Assembly (NCBI GenBank): GCA_016930515.1
Contig: JAFGGO010000099.1
Span: 1-25,526, forward strand
Length of the DNA stretch: 25,526 nucleotides
Reading direction: 5' to 3'
Origin: Promethearchaeota archaeon
Lineage (GTDB): Archaea; Asgardarchaeota; Lokiarchaeia; Sigyniarchaeales; SOKP01
Positions 1 through 9,382 of this stretch are shown piece by piece; the first letter of the stretch is position 1, and every line of letters begins with the position of its first letter. The notes beneath the pieces were generated by a model. That model worked only from the letters and a program-made list of their open reading frames with translations. It was not told where the DNA came from and made no database searches. Position numbers and translations under genes: made by a program.

Positions 1-277
1 AAAAGAGATATTTAATATATAGGAATGATTAGGAGAGATATGTTTAAGATGGCTAATCCAACACCTACAACAAAACCAAGATCACATGAAAATTCTTCTT
101 AAAAATAATTAAAGCTATAAAGGAATATAGATTTTATTTAAACCTCTTTCTGAAAGACATATCTCTCAAAATTGCACCAGATTGTTTTATAAATTAAATA
201 AAATATCGTTTTTTCATTGAATAGTGGTTTTTAATTCAATTACAGGGAGTTAAATGTAAAAAGGATGTGTTTAATGA

Positions 278-841
278 ATGGGAAAAAATAATATAGCAAT
301 TGTTGTTCTCGGAATATTGGCCGTAACGGGACTCGTTTTAAGCGGATACATCTTTATCTCTAATGTAATTCTTTCACCAGAAGAACCAAAATCAGAATCG
401 GATCTAGATTCAGGATATATTTTAGTTGGTTTATGGGATTATCTATACGACTATGGTGATGACCAAGATTTCTTAATAGAATTTCTTTCATATCAGGAAT
501 TTTTAAATTCTTACTATATAACTAAGAGTTCAAATTCCACTGGTTTTTTTCTAACTAAAATTGGAATATATAAGCTCACATTGAATGTAGCTTTAAACGA
601 TATCGATCCTGATTGCTACTATCTTTCAGAAGTTCTCGTGAATGGGAGTAGCGATGAAATATTCGAAGTATATCAATCACCCTCTGGAGGAGGACAAGAC
701 GAATATCAAATAAGCTCTACGCTATATGTCAACAATTCAATTGTATCATACTATGAAATTCGACTTCACAGTTACACGGATGATTTTGGAATCGCATTAG
801 ATCAAGATTATAATCAGTTTGCGATTGAATTTCAACTCTAA
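278..841 (+). CDS. Membrane-anchored/secreted hypothetical protein (N-terminal TM/signal helix, acidic beta-rich domain)
   Basis: 187-aa ORF. Hydrophobic segment IAIVVLGILAVTGLVLSGYIFI follows MGKNN. The rest is acidic and Tyr-rich with alternating beta patterns (GFFLTKIGIYKLTLNV). A T-tract follows the stop. Confidence 0.7.
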   Translation: MGKNNIAIVVLGILAVTGLVLSGYIFISNVILSPEEPKSESDLDSGYILVGLWDYLYDYGDDQDFLIEFLSYQEFLNSYYITKSSNSTGFFLTKIGIYKLTLNVALNDIDPDCYYLSEVLVNGSSDEIFEVYQSPSGGGQDEYQISSTLYVNNSIVSYYEIRLHSYTDDFGIALDQDYNQFAIEFQL

Positions 842-857
842 TTTATTTTTTTTTCTT
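842..857 (+). terminator. Putative archaeal oligo-T terminator
   Basis: T-rich run (tttatttttttttctt) immediately after the TAA of ORF 278-841. Confidence 0.4.
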
Positions 858-981
858 CACTTTATAGTTAAAAAAGGTTTTATTTTTTCAAAAATCAAAA
901 GAATAAAATACAAGAATAATGGTTTTTTTTCACTATTAAGATAAGTAATTCTAGAATAATTCTTTTCGGTGCTAAATTTCA

Positions 982-1968
982 GTGAATAAGAAATATAATA
1001 TCGAGACTCTTATAAAGAATTTCAAGGAGAATAATAAGATAGCCTTGGCGAGGCTCATTTCCATTGTAGAAAACAATCCCGATCGAGCTGAAGAAGTTTT
1101 CAAGCATTTTAATGGCAAACATCACGATTCTTACATCATTGGAATCACGGGATCTCCTGGAGTTGGGAAAAGTACATTAACAGGGTCGATCGCTAAAATT
1201 CTTTTGGATAAAGGTAAAAAAGTAGGGATCATTTCTGTAGATCCAACGTCCCCTTTCAGTGGAGGAGCTTTCTTAGGAGATAGAGTTCGAATGCCAAACA
1301 TAACTCTTCATCCAAACTTATTCATGAGAAGCCTCGCATCTAGAAGTTCCAAAGGAGGCCTTTCAAGAGCAGTTTTTGACATCATCTTGCTTTACGAGGC
1401 GTTCGACATAGACATCATCCTCATAGAAACAGTTGGGGCAGGACAAAGCGAATTTGATATTTATAATATAGCTCATACGATTGTTGTTGTTCTCGTACCG
1501 GGCTACGGAGACACGATTCAGATGCAAAAGGCGGGAATCATTGAGATTGGAGACATTTACGATGTGAACAAAAAGGATCTCGGAGGCGAGGATGTTGCGG
1601 TTCAAGTGGAAATGATGCTCGATGATTCTACTTTCCAACACGATTGGAGACCGCCGGTTGTCATGACGAATTCACTCTCAGGAGAGGGTGTTAACGATCT
1701 TTTAGAACACATCTTTAAACACAGAGAACATATGAAAAAATTAAACCTCATGGAAAAAAAGAAAAATAGGGCACTAAATTACAAGATGAGAGAACTTTTT
1801 CTTCAAGAAATGGAAAGGGAATTGTCTAAAGTCATTAAACCAGAAGAATTCGATAAGATATCTACCGAAATAGGATCGAAAAAATTTCATGTTCATAATG
1901 TCATCAAGGAATTATTTCGCTCCGTTCACATTACCCGTCGACATAAGGATAGTTCAGAAGAGAAATGA
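982..1968 (+). CDS. meaB: MeaB/ArgK family GTPase (methylmalonyl-CoA mutase-associated metallochaperone)
   Basis: LARLISIVEN, P-loop GITGSPGVGKST, VDPTSPFSGGAFLGDRVRM, FMRSLASR, IETVGAGQSE, IQMQKAGIIEIGD and NKKD. GTG start. Confidence 0.93.
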   Translation: MNKKYNIETLIKNFKENNKIALARLISIVENNPDRAEEVFKHFNGKHHDSYIIGITGSPGVGKSTLTGSIAKILLDKGKKVGIISVDPTSPFSGGAFLGDRVRMPNITLHPNLFMRSLASRSSKGGLSRAVFDIILLYEAFDIDIILIETVGAGQSEFDIYNIAHTIVVVLVPGYGDTIQMQKAGIIEIGDIYDVNKKDLGGEDVAVQVEMMLDDSTFQHDWRPPVVMTNSLSGEGVNDLLEHIFKHREHMKKLNLMEKKKNRALNYKMRELFLQEMERELSKVIKPEEFDKISTEIGSKKFHVHNVIKELFRSVHITRRHKDSSEEK

Positions 1969-1975
1969 TTTCTAA

Positions 1976-2206
1976 CTTATTGATAAAACAATATCACTCC
2001 CGGAAGAAATACGCAATCTAGAATCACTTGAAAAACTTGAATTATCTTATAATAGTTAAGTTAATCTTTCTAAATCAATCGGATACTTAAAACCACTACA
2101 AAAATTGATAATAAGATCGAATGATTTAACAGCTCTCCCAGAGTCTATTACCACCTTATTATCACTTAAAGAATTAATATTATTTTTAAACAAAAATCTC
2201 ATATAA
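1976..2206 (+). pseudogene. Leucine-rich-repeat protein remnant (about 3 LRR units, no start codon, internal TAA)
   Basis: Manual translation from 1991: ISLPEEIRNLESLEKLELSYNS*VNLSKSIGYLKPLQKLIIRSNDLTALPESITTLLSLKELILFLNKNLI*. This fits a 23-aa LxxLPxxIxxLxxLxxLxLxxNx repeat. TAA at 2057-2059 sits where Leu (TTA) is expected. Confidence 0.85.
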
Positions 2207-2434
2207 ATATTAGAAATTATGAATTATTGAATGATTCAAAACGAGTTCTTAACGATAATAATATCTATTTTCTACAAAGATTCATAGTTTTTTGAATAAA
2301 ATATAGATAATTCAATTTTTCAATACCATCTTTTTGAAAGTCCGTGTTATAAACACGATAATCAATTTATTAGGGAGTATATATTAGAAAAATCATGTAT
2401 TATTAGTTCAATTATACGCACATTGAGAATTATA

Positions 2435-2650
2435 ATGGTTGAATGTAAATATATTGCGAATTGTCCATTTTTTAACAATAAAATGAGCAATATGCCAAAA
2501 ACCGCAACACTTTTCAAGGAAAGATATTGCAAGGCCGATAACTCTAGATGTGCCCGACTAATGGTTTCTAAAAACCTTGGAAAGGAAATGGGTCCTTCAG
2601 ATCTATTTCCAAATCAAATTGAACGCGCTTACAACTTGATTAATTCCTAA
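2435..2650 (+). CDS. Small Cys-rich (C-x5-C-x21-C-x6-C) hypothetical protein, probably metal-binding
   Basis: ATG at 2435 is in frame with the TTG at 2423. Sequence MVECKYIANCPFFNNKMSNMPKTATLFKERYCKADNSRCARLMV...DLFPNQ. Overlaps the convergent DUF362 gene by 4 nt. Confidence 0.7.
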   Translation: MVECKYIANCPFFNNKMSNMPKTATLFKERYCKADNSRCARLMVSKNLGKEMGPSDLFPNQIERAYNLINS

Positions 2651-3789
2651 TTTCTTTCTAAATTTTTCCCTTTTTTAATGGTGGAGTTAATATTACTTAA
2701 ATCTAAAATAGCGTCTCGTATTTGATTAGAAACAGGGGGACAACCTGCTATATGAATACCTTTTCCATTCAATCCACCCATACAATTTCCAACCGATATA
2801 AATTCTTCAGATGGAATTGTAACCTTGCCTTCTTGCTTTCCAATCACGAATGTTATTTCATTTTCCAAATATCCTTTATCTTTCGCCTTTTTTATACCCC
2901 TGATGAGCGCTCCGATACAATTTGAGCAAAATAATCTCCCAATAATCTTTACTTTATATTCTTTTTCGATATCTTCAATACTCGCGTTAGGTTTGTTAAA
3001 ATTTGGTATAATAATTTCGTCAGATAATACTTCAAATTCTGGTTTTTCGAAGAGACTCAAATGCTTAACTTCCTCTCTCGAAAATCCTATTAATTTGGAT
3101 AAGTGAGTATCTAGCGAGAGCAAATCGTTGCTTCCAGCTAATATATTTCCTTTTTTGGGAACGTAAAGCTCGCTTCCTAATATTCCGTCTATGATTCCTA
3201 TTGTTTGAACATTTATATTCGTGTATAGATCGTGAATACAATTTGCCAAGTTAACGAGATGAAATCTCTTTTTATATTTGTCAGGAATTAAACCCTTAAG
3301 ATTTTTGATAGATAGGGTAACTGTTGCAGAAACATTCGTTTTTAATTTCGCAAGACTGATTAAAAGGTCAACATGGTTTAGTAACTCTGGTAATTCAATT
3401 TTTTTTAATGATAAACCATTGATCTCAATTTGAATACGAGCCGCTTTTTTCAAATCAATAAATTCCACGCATTCTTTTTTTAAAACTTCGAATAAACCCG
3501 ATGTTTTCATCGCAACCATGGTATCATTTTCAACATAAGAAGATTCAGCAACAAGAATTTTTTTTGGTTTGAACTCTTTTACGATTTGAATCACGGCCTT
3601 TAGTACAATTGGATGGATCGTATCACCTTCCTCAGGATAAGCTATCGGACCACAATTTGGTTTGATAAGAATGGTTTTGTCCTTAATTTTTTCAGGTTCG
3701 ATAATGATTTCGAAGATTTTTTGTATTTTTTCTTTTACTTCTTCAAAAATATACTCTGATTGTTCTAAAACTACAATTTTTTTTTTCAT
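2647..3789 (-). CDS. DUF362-family protein with C-terminal Fe-S-binding extension
   Basis: LIKPN, HP, VAES, LAKLKT, TLSIKNLKG and IIDG motifs of DUF362. C-terminal CSNC...GNC...GCPP cysteine cluster. Confidence 0.8.
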   Translation of the reverse strand: MKKKIVVLEQSEYIFEEVKEKIQKIFEIIIEPEKIKDKTILIKPNCGPIAYPEEGDTIHPIVLKAVIQIVKEFKPKKILVAESSYVENDTMVAMKTSGLFEVLKKECVEFIDLKKAARIQIEINGLSLKKIELPELLNHVDLLISLAKLKTNVSATVTLSIKNLKGLIPDKYKKRFHLVNLANCIHDLYTNINVQTIGIIDGILGSELYVPKKGNILAGSNDLLSLDTHLSKLIGFSREEVKHLSLFEKPEFEVLSDEIIIPNFNKPNASIEDIEKEYKVKIIGRLFCSNCIGALIRGIKKAKDKGYLENEITFVIGKQEGKVTIPSEEFISVGNCMGGLNGKGIHIAGCPPVSNQIRDAILDLSNINSTIKKGKNLERN

Positions 3790-3930
3790 TAATGAGTTTA
3801 AATTTCTAAATTTTAATAATTTTGCTTGAAAACAAAGAAATTAACTTGAGATAAAAAAAGGACATGAGTTTTTAATAAAACTCTATAAGGTTTCTGCCTT
3901 TTCCTACTTTAATAATTACAATTTTATGAT

Positions 3931-4831
3931 ATGAATCTTAATCCGAGCAAGTATTCAAGAAGAGAAATTTTTGCAATAATTTTTCTTATCTCAACTTCAA
4001 TATTGTAGGGAACTACATTCATAGTAGCAAAAATCGCGACTCGAGAGATCCCCGTTTTACTTTTTTTAGGAATGAGGTACTTGATAACTCTTATAGCATT
4101 TATCCCAACTTTATTAAGATACAAAAAGATCAACTTGAAATGAGTATTATATGGAATGATCAATGGATTGATTTTTTATCTTGCAATGATGTTTCAGACA
4201 TACGGACTTCAAACAACAACTGCAGGAAAAGCAGGTTTTATCACCGGGCTGAGCACATTAATCGTTCCTTTTTTTGCGTGGATTATTTTTTAAAAAAAAA
4301 TAAAGAAAAGAACTTTTTTAGCGCTATTTCTTTCGATTTTAGGTATTATCTTATTATTTTTTGAATCGTTCGATAATTTTATTTTAGGAGATCTTCTGGT
4401 TTTAATATGTGCACTTTTTGCTGCACTCTATCGTCTTTAACGATAAATTCGTTCAAGATATCGACATTTATTTGTATTTATTCTTTCAAATGCTTGTGAT
4501 GGTACCAGCACTTTTTATAAGTTCGATTATTGCTAGAGAGTCTTTTGATATAAATTTAATTGACATCAATTTCATTCTAATCATCTTTTACATGGGATTT
4601 ATTGTATCTGTATTAACTATATTCTTTCAAAATTGGGCGCAGAAAGTAAACAAGAATCCCACTCTAACGGGAATTATTTTCAATTTAGAACCCGTTTTTG
4701 CAGTTATTTTTGCATTCTTGATAGGGAACGAAACTCTCTCTTGGTTAGAACTCATTGGATGCGCAATCATCTTCTTTTCCATATTCATAGCTGTTTACGA
4801 GAAAAACAGAACCCAAACTGAAATGATGTAA
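3931..4831 (+). pseudogene. DMT/EamA-family transporter pseudogene
   Basis: From ATG 3931: MNLNPSKYSRREIFAIIFLISTSIL*GTTFIVAK...GMRY...K*VLYG...FQTYGLQTTTAGKAGFITGLSTLIVPFFAWIIF*KKI...GDLLVLICALFAAL. Stops are TAG 4006, TGA 4141 and TAA 4291. A frameshift near 4430 leads into the 4409-4831 frame (QNWAQK...IFNLEPVFAVIFAFLIGNE). Confidence 0.88.
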
Positions 4832-4857
4832 ATTTAGATAAGTTAAAGTTTGAAATT

Positions 4858-5844
4858 TTATTGATTTTCAAAGGATTTTTCCAAGCCTTTTATTAACACC
4901 GTAATTAATTCGTTAATTGGAACGGAAATGTTAATTTCTTTAGCGTAATTTACTATTCTTCCGTTTATAAAATCAATTTCAGTCTTTTTTCCTTTTAAAA
5001 TATCCTGAAGCATTGAATTCTTGTTTGAAGACGTTTTTTTCGCAACATCATAAGTCAAGGCAATAAAATCTTTTTGAGAAAGGTGAATATTTTTCTTTTC
5101 AGCAATCATTAGTGCTTCATTTATCGCTCTTGCCATAAAATTCTTCAAATCCTGGTTTTGTAATAATTGACCGTTTCTTAATCGCGTTAAAGCCCCAAAC
5201 GCGTTAATTCCAATGTTAATAAAAACTTTCTCCCAGCATTCTCCCTGAATATTTTCCACAATAATGGTCTCTAAACCAGCGTCAGATAAAAGTGTTTTTA
5301 AAGTATCGAGATCCTTTGATTTGAGTTTTATATCTTTTTTCTCAAAGGGAAAGCCAATCTTCGTAACACCAATTCCCGTATGAACTATTCGACCATCACC
5401 CTCTCTTAAGGCTCCGTTAGTTGTAACCATTCTTACAAGCTTATTTTCGTCGCAATACTTCTTTGCAACGTCTTCATTTCCAATACCATTTTGTAGGAGA
5501 ATTAAAAAATGACTTTCTGCAATTACCTTCTGATATTGTTGAAGAGTTGAGTCGGTATCGTAAGTTTTTGTAGTAAGAAAAATGAAATCAAAATTAAATG
5601 GTATATTATAATTTTCTGCTTCCTCAAGACTTTCGAACGCTTTAACATTTTTTACCACGATTGTCGAGTCCTTTATTTGAATAAAAAGCCCTTTTTCACG
5701 AATGGCTTTCACATGTTCTTTTCGTGCGAATAAAACAATATCAATTGGTTTTGATTCAGAATGTAGGTTTGCAAGATAGCCCCCAAATAAGGAACCCATC
5801 GATCCTGCCCCAATAATTCCAATACGTATTTTTTTAACTGGCAA
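4858..5844 (-). CDS. panE: 2-dehydropantoate 2-reductase (ketopantoate reductase)
   Basis: GAGSMGSLFG Rossmann motif, TTKTYD, LLQNGIG, WEKVFINIGINAFGAL and SMLQDILKGKKTEIDFING. TTG start. Confidence 0.93.
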   Translation of the reverse strand: MPVKKIRIGIIGAGSMGSLFGGYLANLHSESKPIDIVLFARKEHVKAIREKGLFIQIKDSTIVVKNVKAFESLEEAENYNIPFNFDFIFLTTKTYDTDSTLQQYQKVIAESHFLILLQNGIGNEDVAKKYCDENKLVRMVTTNGALREGDGRIVHTGIGVTKIGFPFEKKDIKLKSKDLDTLKTLLSDAGLETIIVENIQGECWEKVFINIGINAFGALTRLRNGQLLQNQDLKNFMARAINEALMIAEKKNIHLSQKDFIALTYDVAKKTSSNKNSMLQDILKGKKTEIDFINGRIVNYAKEINISVPINELITVLIKGLEKSFENQ

Positions 5845-5865
5845 GGAACGAAACCGAATAGAATA

Positions 5866-7242
5866 TTATTTTTTTTGCTTTTCCCACTTTTTCAAATAAG
5901 TAACCTCTGAAAGCGTGGAACCTCTCTTTATTTCTTCCCTGTATCTATTTTCTTTCTCAAGTACATCAATGGCTCTATTAACCATTTCTTGTGCTTTCCT
6001 TTTCGGAACTACGACCACACCAGAATCGTCTCCTATGATCCAATCGCCTGGTTCAACCTTTTGACCTGCACATTCGATACTCACATTATTTTCGCCTAAA
6101 CCTCGAGGTTCCCCCGCAGTAGGGGTAAAATGTTTTGCATAAGCGGGAAATTTCATTTTTCTTATATCGTCAATATCTCGTATCGCACCATCAATGACGA
6201 CACCCGATATACCCTTGGTCTTGCAACTCCAAGACGCTAATTCGCCCCAAACTGCGATTTCTCCCGCACAAGCGTCTATAACTATTACATCTCCTGGTTG
6301 TGCTTCTTCTATCGCCTCGACAGGCTTGCTCCAATCACCGTTATACGTTCGAACGGTATAAGCAGGACCAACGAATTTTAAAGGATGGTCTTCAGTACCT
6401 ATCCACACGGGTTTTAAGCCTTTCATCTCTCCGCTTCTATGCATTGCGTCAGAAACATTTGGAGCCGAAACCTTTTTGAATGCATCTCTAATATGTGCCT
6501 CATCGTACTTTTTAAAAAGCGCTGTTTCTACAGCTTTTGCAGATTTTATGGCTTGTTTGATTTTTTTAGCCGATTCTTCGGGATTTTCTGCCTTATAGAG
6601 CGCACCACCTACAATAATAACATCCACACCCAGTTGTTTTGCGTGCGCGGCTGTTTCACTGTTGATTCCTCCCGCAATTGCGAGCCATGTGGTAGGTTGG
6701 AGCTTTTCTTTTAGTACAGTGGCAACATCGAGAGTTTTTTCTCCTCCATAAATTACTTGTTGATCCACACCAACATGAGAAACTATCATATCTACACCTA
6801 GTGATTCTAATTCTATCGCTCTTTGTACAAGTCTATCAGGAGGAATATCTATCGTATCGCATCCTAACATTACCCCAAATTTTTTTGCTGCTTCTACGGC
6901 CTCTGTTACGGAGGCATTATCGCTTCCACCAAGCATTAAAACGACATTAGCTCCCGATTTAGCGGCAATTTCTATTTCTACGGACCCCCCATCTGCAGTC
7001 TTCATGTCAGCGACGAGAATCTTGTCTGGAAATCTTTTGTGCAATTCTCGCAAGATATTCATCCCTTCAGATTTTATCAATGGAGTTCCAGCTTCTATCC
7101 AATCCACCCCTCCTCTTACAGCTTCCTCAGCTATTTGCAGCGCTCGATGAGTGTTTATCAAATCAAGGGCTATTTGCAGATAAGGTTCTTTTTCTCGTTT
7201 TCTTAACAATAAAATCACGGAGGTATATTTTTTTTTAAACAC
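5866..7242 (-). CDS. hxlA: 3-hexulose-6-phosphate synthase fused to a C-terminal RraA/HMG-aldolase-like domain
   Basis: N-domain: LQIALD, IEAGTPLIKSEG, ADMKTADGG, HVGVDQQ, AGGIN, IVGGAL (HPS/KGPDC TIM barrel). C-domain: NVSDAM, GPAYTV, GDVIVID, AVWGELAS, GVVIDGAIRDID, PGDWIIGDDSGVVVVP (RraA family). The true start may be the TTG at 7209. Confidence 0.9.
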   Translation of the reverse strand: MFKKKYTSVILLLRKREKEPYLQIALDLINTHRALQIAEEAVRGGVDWIEAGTPLIKSEGMNILRELHKRFPDKILVADMKTADGGSVEIEIAAKSGANVVLMLGGSDNASVTEAVEAAKKFGVMLGCDTIDIPPDRLVQRAIELESLGVDMIVSHVGVDQQVIYGGEKTLDVATVLKEKLQPTTWLAIAGGINSETAAHAKQLGVDVIIVGGALYKAENPEESAKKIKQAIKSAKAVETALFKKYDEAHIRDAFKKVSAPNVSDAMHRSGEMKGLKPVWIGTEDHPLKFVGPAYTVRTYNGDWSKPVEAIEEAQPGDVIVIDACAGEIAVWGELASWSCKTKGISGVVIDGAIRDIDDIRKMKFPAYAKHFTPTAGEPRGLGENNVSIECAGQKVEPGDWIIGDDSGVVVVPKRKAQEMVNRAIDVLEKENRYREEIKRGSTLSEVTYLKKWEKQKK

Positions 7243-7545
7243 TCGTTAGTTTAATAAATCCAAATATTTTTTACAAAATAATTTTTTCGCATATGATAAT
7301 TCAATAGTGAAATAAAATCCCACATTTTATTGTATTTTTTATTATATTTGCGATACTTAATTTTCTTATTAATTTCAGTTGTTATTAAAGGTAATCATTA
7401 AATTATTTAAAGACTTGTTTTTAAAGGTTCAATCAAGAGAAGGAATTTTCTTATTATAACAATTATATCCCTTAAGTGTTATGCTAAGCTCAATAATTTG
7501 AACAGAATAAAATCTATAATGAATAATCAAAAATTCAGTTATGTT

Positions 7546-8499
7546 CTAGTCCAAAGATTCACATTTGATAATTTCTGGACCTTTATTACTTATTGATGTC
7601 TTAATAATTTTAATTTCTGGAGAGTAGGAGTTTAAAATCTTTCTTACATCACCTTCGTCTTTTTTTTCGCAGATTGCAAATATAGACCTCCCAAGTTGGT
7701 TCATACTAGCACCAATGATGTCCAACTCGTTTAATTTAACCATTAATTCCTTGGTTTTTTCAAGTCTGAGTATTTCAAGTATATTCGTTTCTTTTACAAA
7801 CTCTAAAGAGGCTTCCATGAATGTCTTAAGACTTGGTTTTTTAAGGAGTAAATTTAGAGCTCTTCTCCCATTTTCTTTGATTTTAGCACTCAAAACGGGA
7901 TCTGTTAATATTGATTTTGTATGGATCATGCCAAATGTTCCACAATAAACCACTAAATCTGGTGGAAATTCGATATTTTCCCGGGAACAAGGGTATCCTG
8001 GTTCCTTTAAAACGCACAAACCACCAATTAATTGACCACAGACCGTTCCTAACCCGGTCCTGTTCACGACTTCTGCCACATGCGCTATTCTCCCGCATTC
8101 TCGAGTATCTAATCCCAGATTGAGAATCTTATTTAACCCGTATATCGCTCCAAGGGCCCCAGAACCGCTCGCCCCGTAACCACACCCCACAGGTAGTTCA
8201 AAAAAGTGTTCAATTTCTAATTTAACGGGATGTTTTATTAAATTGCAAATTTCTTTGTAAATCGAAAAAGTGGTTTCTGCTTTCTGGTTTAACTCTTCGT
8301 TATTAATCTTTATAATACATTCGGATGTATGGTTTGCTTCAAGTTGTTGACAAGTTATTTCAGTCCTACCTAATGCGCTTAAATTAAATCCTGCTCCCCT
8401 AGATCCTATCTTTTCGGGAATGGAACTGACTTGATCCACTATTTCAAAAAATCCCGAAATCCTATGAGGCACCTCTACAATTACTTTATGTTTGTTCAT
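7546..8499 (-). CDS. pok: Archaeal pantoate kinase (GHMP kinase family)
   Basis: PHRISGFFE, GSRGAGF, GHMP motif LPVGCGYGASGSGALG, AHVAEVVNRTGLGTV and SMNQLG. Confidence 0.88.
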   Translation of the reverse strand: MNKHKVIVEVPHRISGFFEIVDQVSSIPEKIGSRGAGFNLSALGRTEITCQQLEANHTSECIIKINNEELNQKAETTFSIYKEICNLIKHPVKLEIEHFFELPVGCGYGASGSGALGAIYGLNKILNLGLDTRECGRIAHVAEVVNRTGLGTVCGQLIGGLCVLKEPGYPCSRENIEFPPDLVVYCGTFGMIHTKSILTDPVLSAKIKENGRRALNLLLKKPSLKTFMEASLEFVKETNILEILRLEKTKELMVKLNELDIIGASMNQLGRSIFAICEKKDEGDVRKILNSYSPEIKIIKTSISNKGPEIIKCESLD

Positions 8500-8833
8500 G
8501 ATTTAAAATATCATTAAATAATCAAGGTTCCATTCTTCACGAAAAAAAAGTTGTAAATCTTTTAAGTGTTTTTTGAAATTATTTGATTTTATTTTAATCG
8601 CTTTTTTTTTGGCTAGTATATATCTTAATAATGTTAAAGTTAGAAATCTTCGAATGATTTTTGTCGAGTTTGCCACATCGTTCCAACTGAAGACTTTTAT
8701 CAATCATTAATTAATTTTCGCAAATTTTTTCTTTTTTCGGTTTATTATTCTCATTTTAATAACTAAATTAATAAAGGTAATTGACCATATAAGTGATAAA
8801 GAAGATATAAATAAAGTTGATTAATATCGAACT

Positions 8834-9382
8834 ATGATCGGCAAAAAAAATTCTTTACTCGTTGAAGAAAACAATAATTGGAATACAATAAGAGTATCGG
8901 ACGTGACCGTTGAAAATATAGTCGCATTGATTAAAACTTTAAAACAAGACTTAAGTGAGAATTTTTTCATTGCCTTTAAAAGCTTGGAGAAACTTGGAAA
9001 AAAAGCCCAAAAACTTTTACAATCTGAGATAAAAAGACTTGAGAAGGGTGATTGGAAGATTAAAATATTTAAACACCTAATTTTTCATTCAAATATTAGT
9101 GATAGTTTTCATCCATTAATCTCCCAGCTTTATTCTCCCGATTTTATTCAAAGAGCTCGTGCTGTAATGATCGCTAGCGAGTGTTCTTGGGGCTCCGATT
9201 TTTTCGATTATATTTTGCCTTTATTGGACGATCCAGACGATTCAGTAAGATGGGCCGTTCTTAATTATTTATCACAAAAAAACAACAATTTCAAAAAGAT
9301 AGCATTCGAGATTTTAAAGAGACGCTATAAACTCGAAAAAAATAAAATAATAAAAAAAAAAATAGGCGAATTAACCAAATAA
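8834..9382 (+). CDS. HEAT-repeat domain protein
   Basis: LISQLYSPDFIQRARAV and ILPLLDDPDDSVRWAVLNYL are HEAT/PBS-lyase-like repeats. Confidence 0.75.
   Translation: MIGKKNSLLVEENNNWNTIRVSDVTVENIVALIKTLKQDLSENFFIAFKSLEKLGKKAQKLLQSEIKRLEKGDWKIKIFKHLIFHSNISDSFHPLISQLYSPDFIQRARAVMIASECSWGSDFFDYILPLLDDPDDSVRWAVLNYLSQKNNNFKKIAFEILKRRYKLEKNKIIKKKIGELTK

Noticed and set aside
25-102. Short ORF MIRRDMFKMANPTPTTKPRSHENSS with an AGGAG upstream of the second ATG
   Set aside because: Only 25 codons, no recognisable motif, and at the window edge; cannot be supported.
33-167. 11-bp inverted repeat GAGAGATATGT (33-43) / ACATATCTCTC (157-167), possible MITE ends or RNA stem
   Set aside because: No target-site duplication, no second copy and no extended pairing; about one such match is expected by chance in a window this size.
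2343-2357. Palindrome CGTGTT-ATA-AACACG upstream of the small Cys-rich gene
   Set aside because: Could be an operator, but 6-bp arms occur by chance and I found no second copy.
4006-4293. In-frame TAG/TGA in the EamA gene as pyrrolysine/selenocysteine or alternative-code readthrough
   Set aside because: All three stop types and a frameshift occur in the same gene, and intact genes in the window end in TAG, TGA and TAA. Decay explains it better.
8503-8703. 66-aa minus-strand ORF just upstream of pok
   Set aside because: Low-complexity, AT-rich sequence in a divergent promoter region with no motif; probably spurious.
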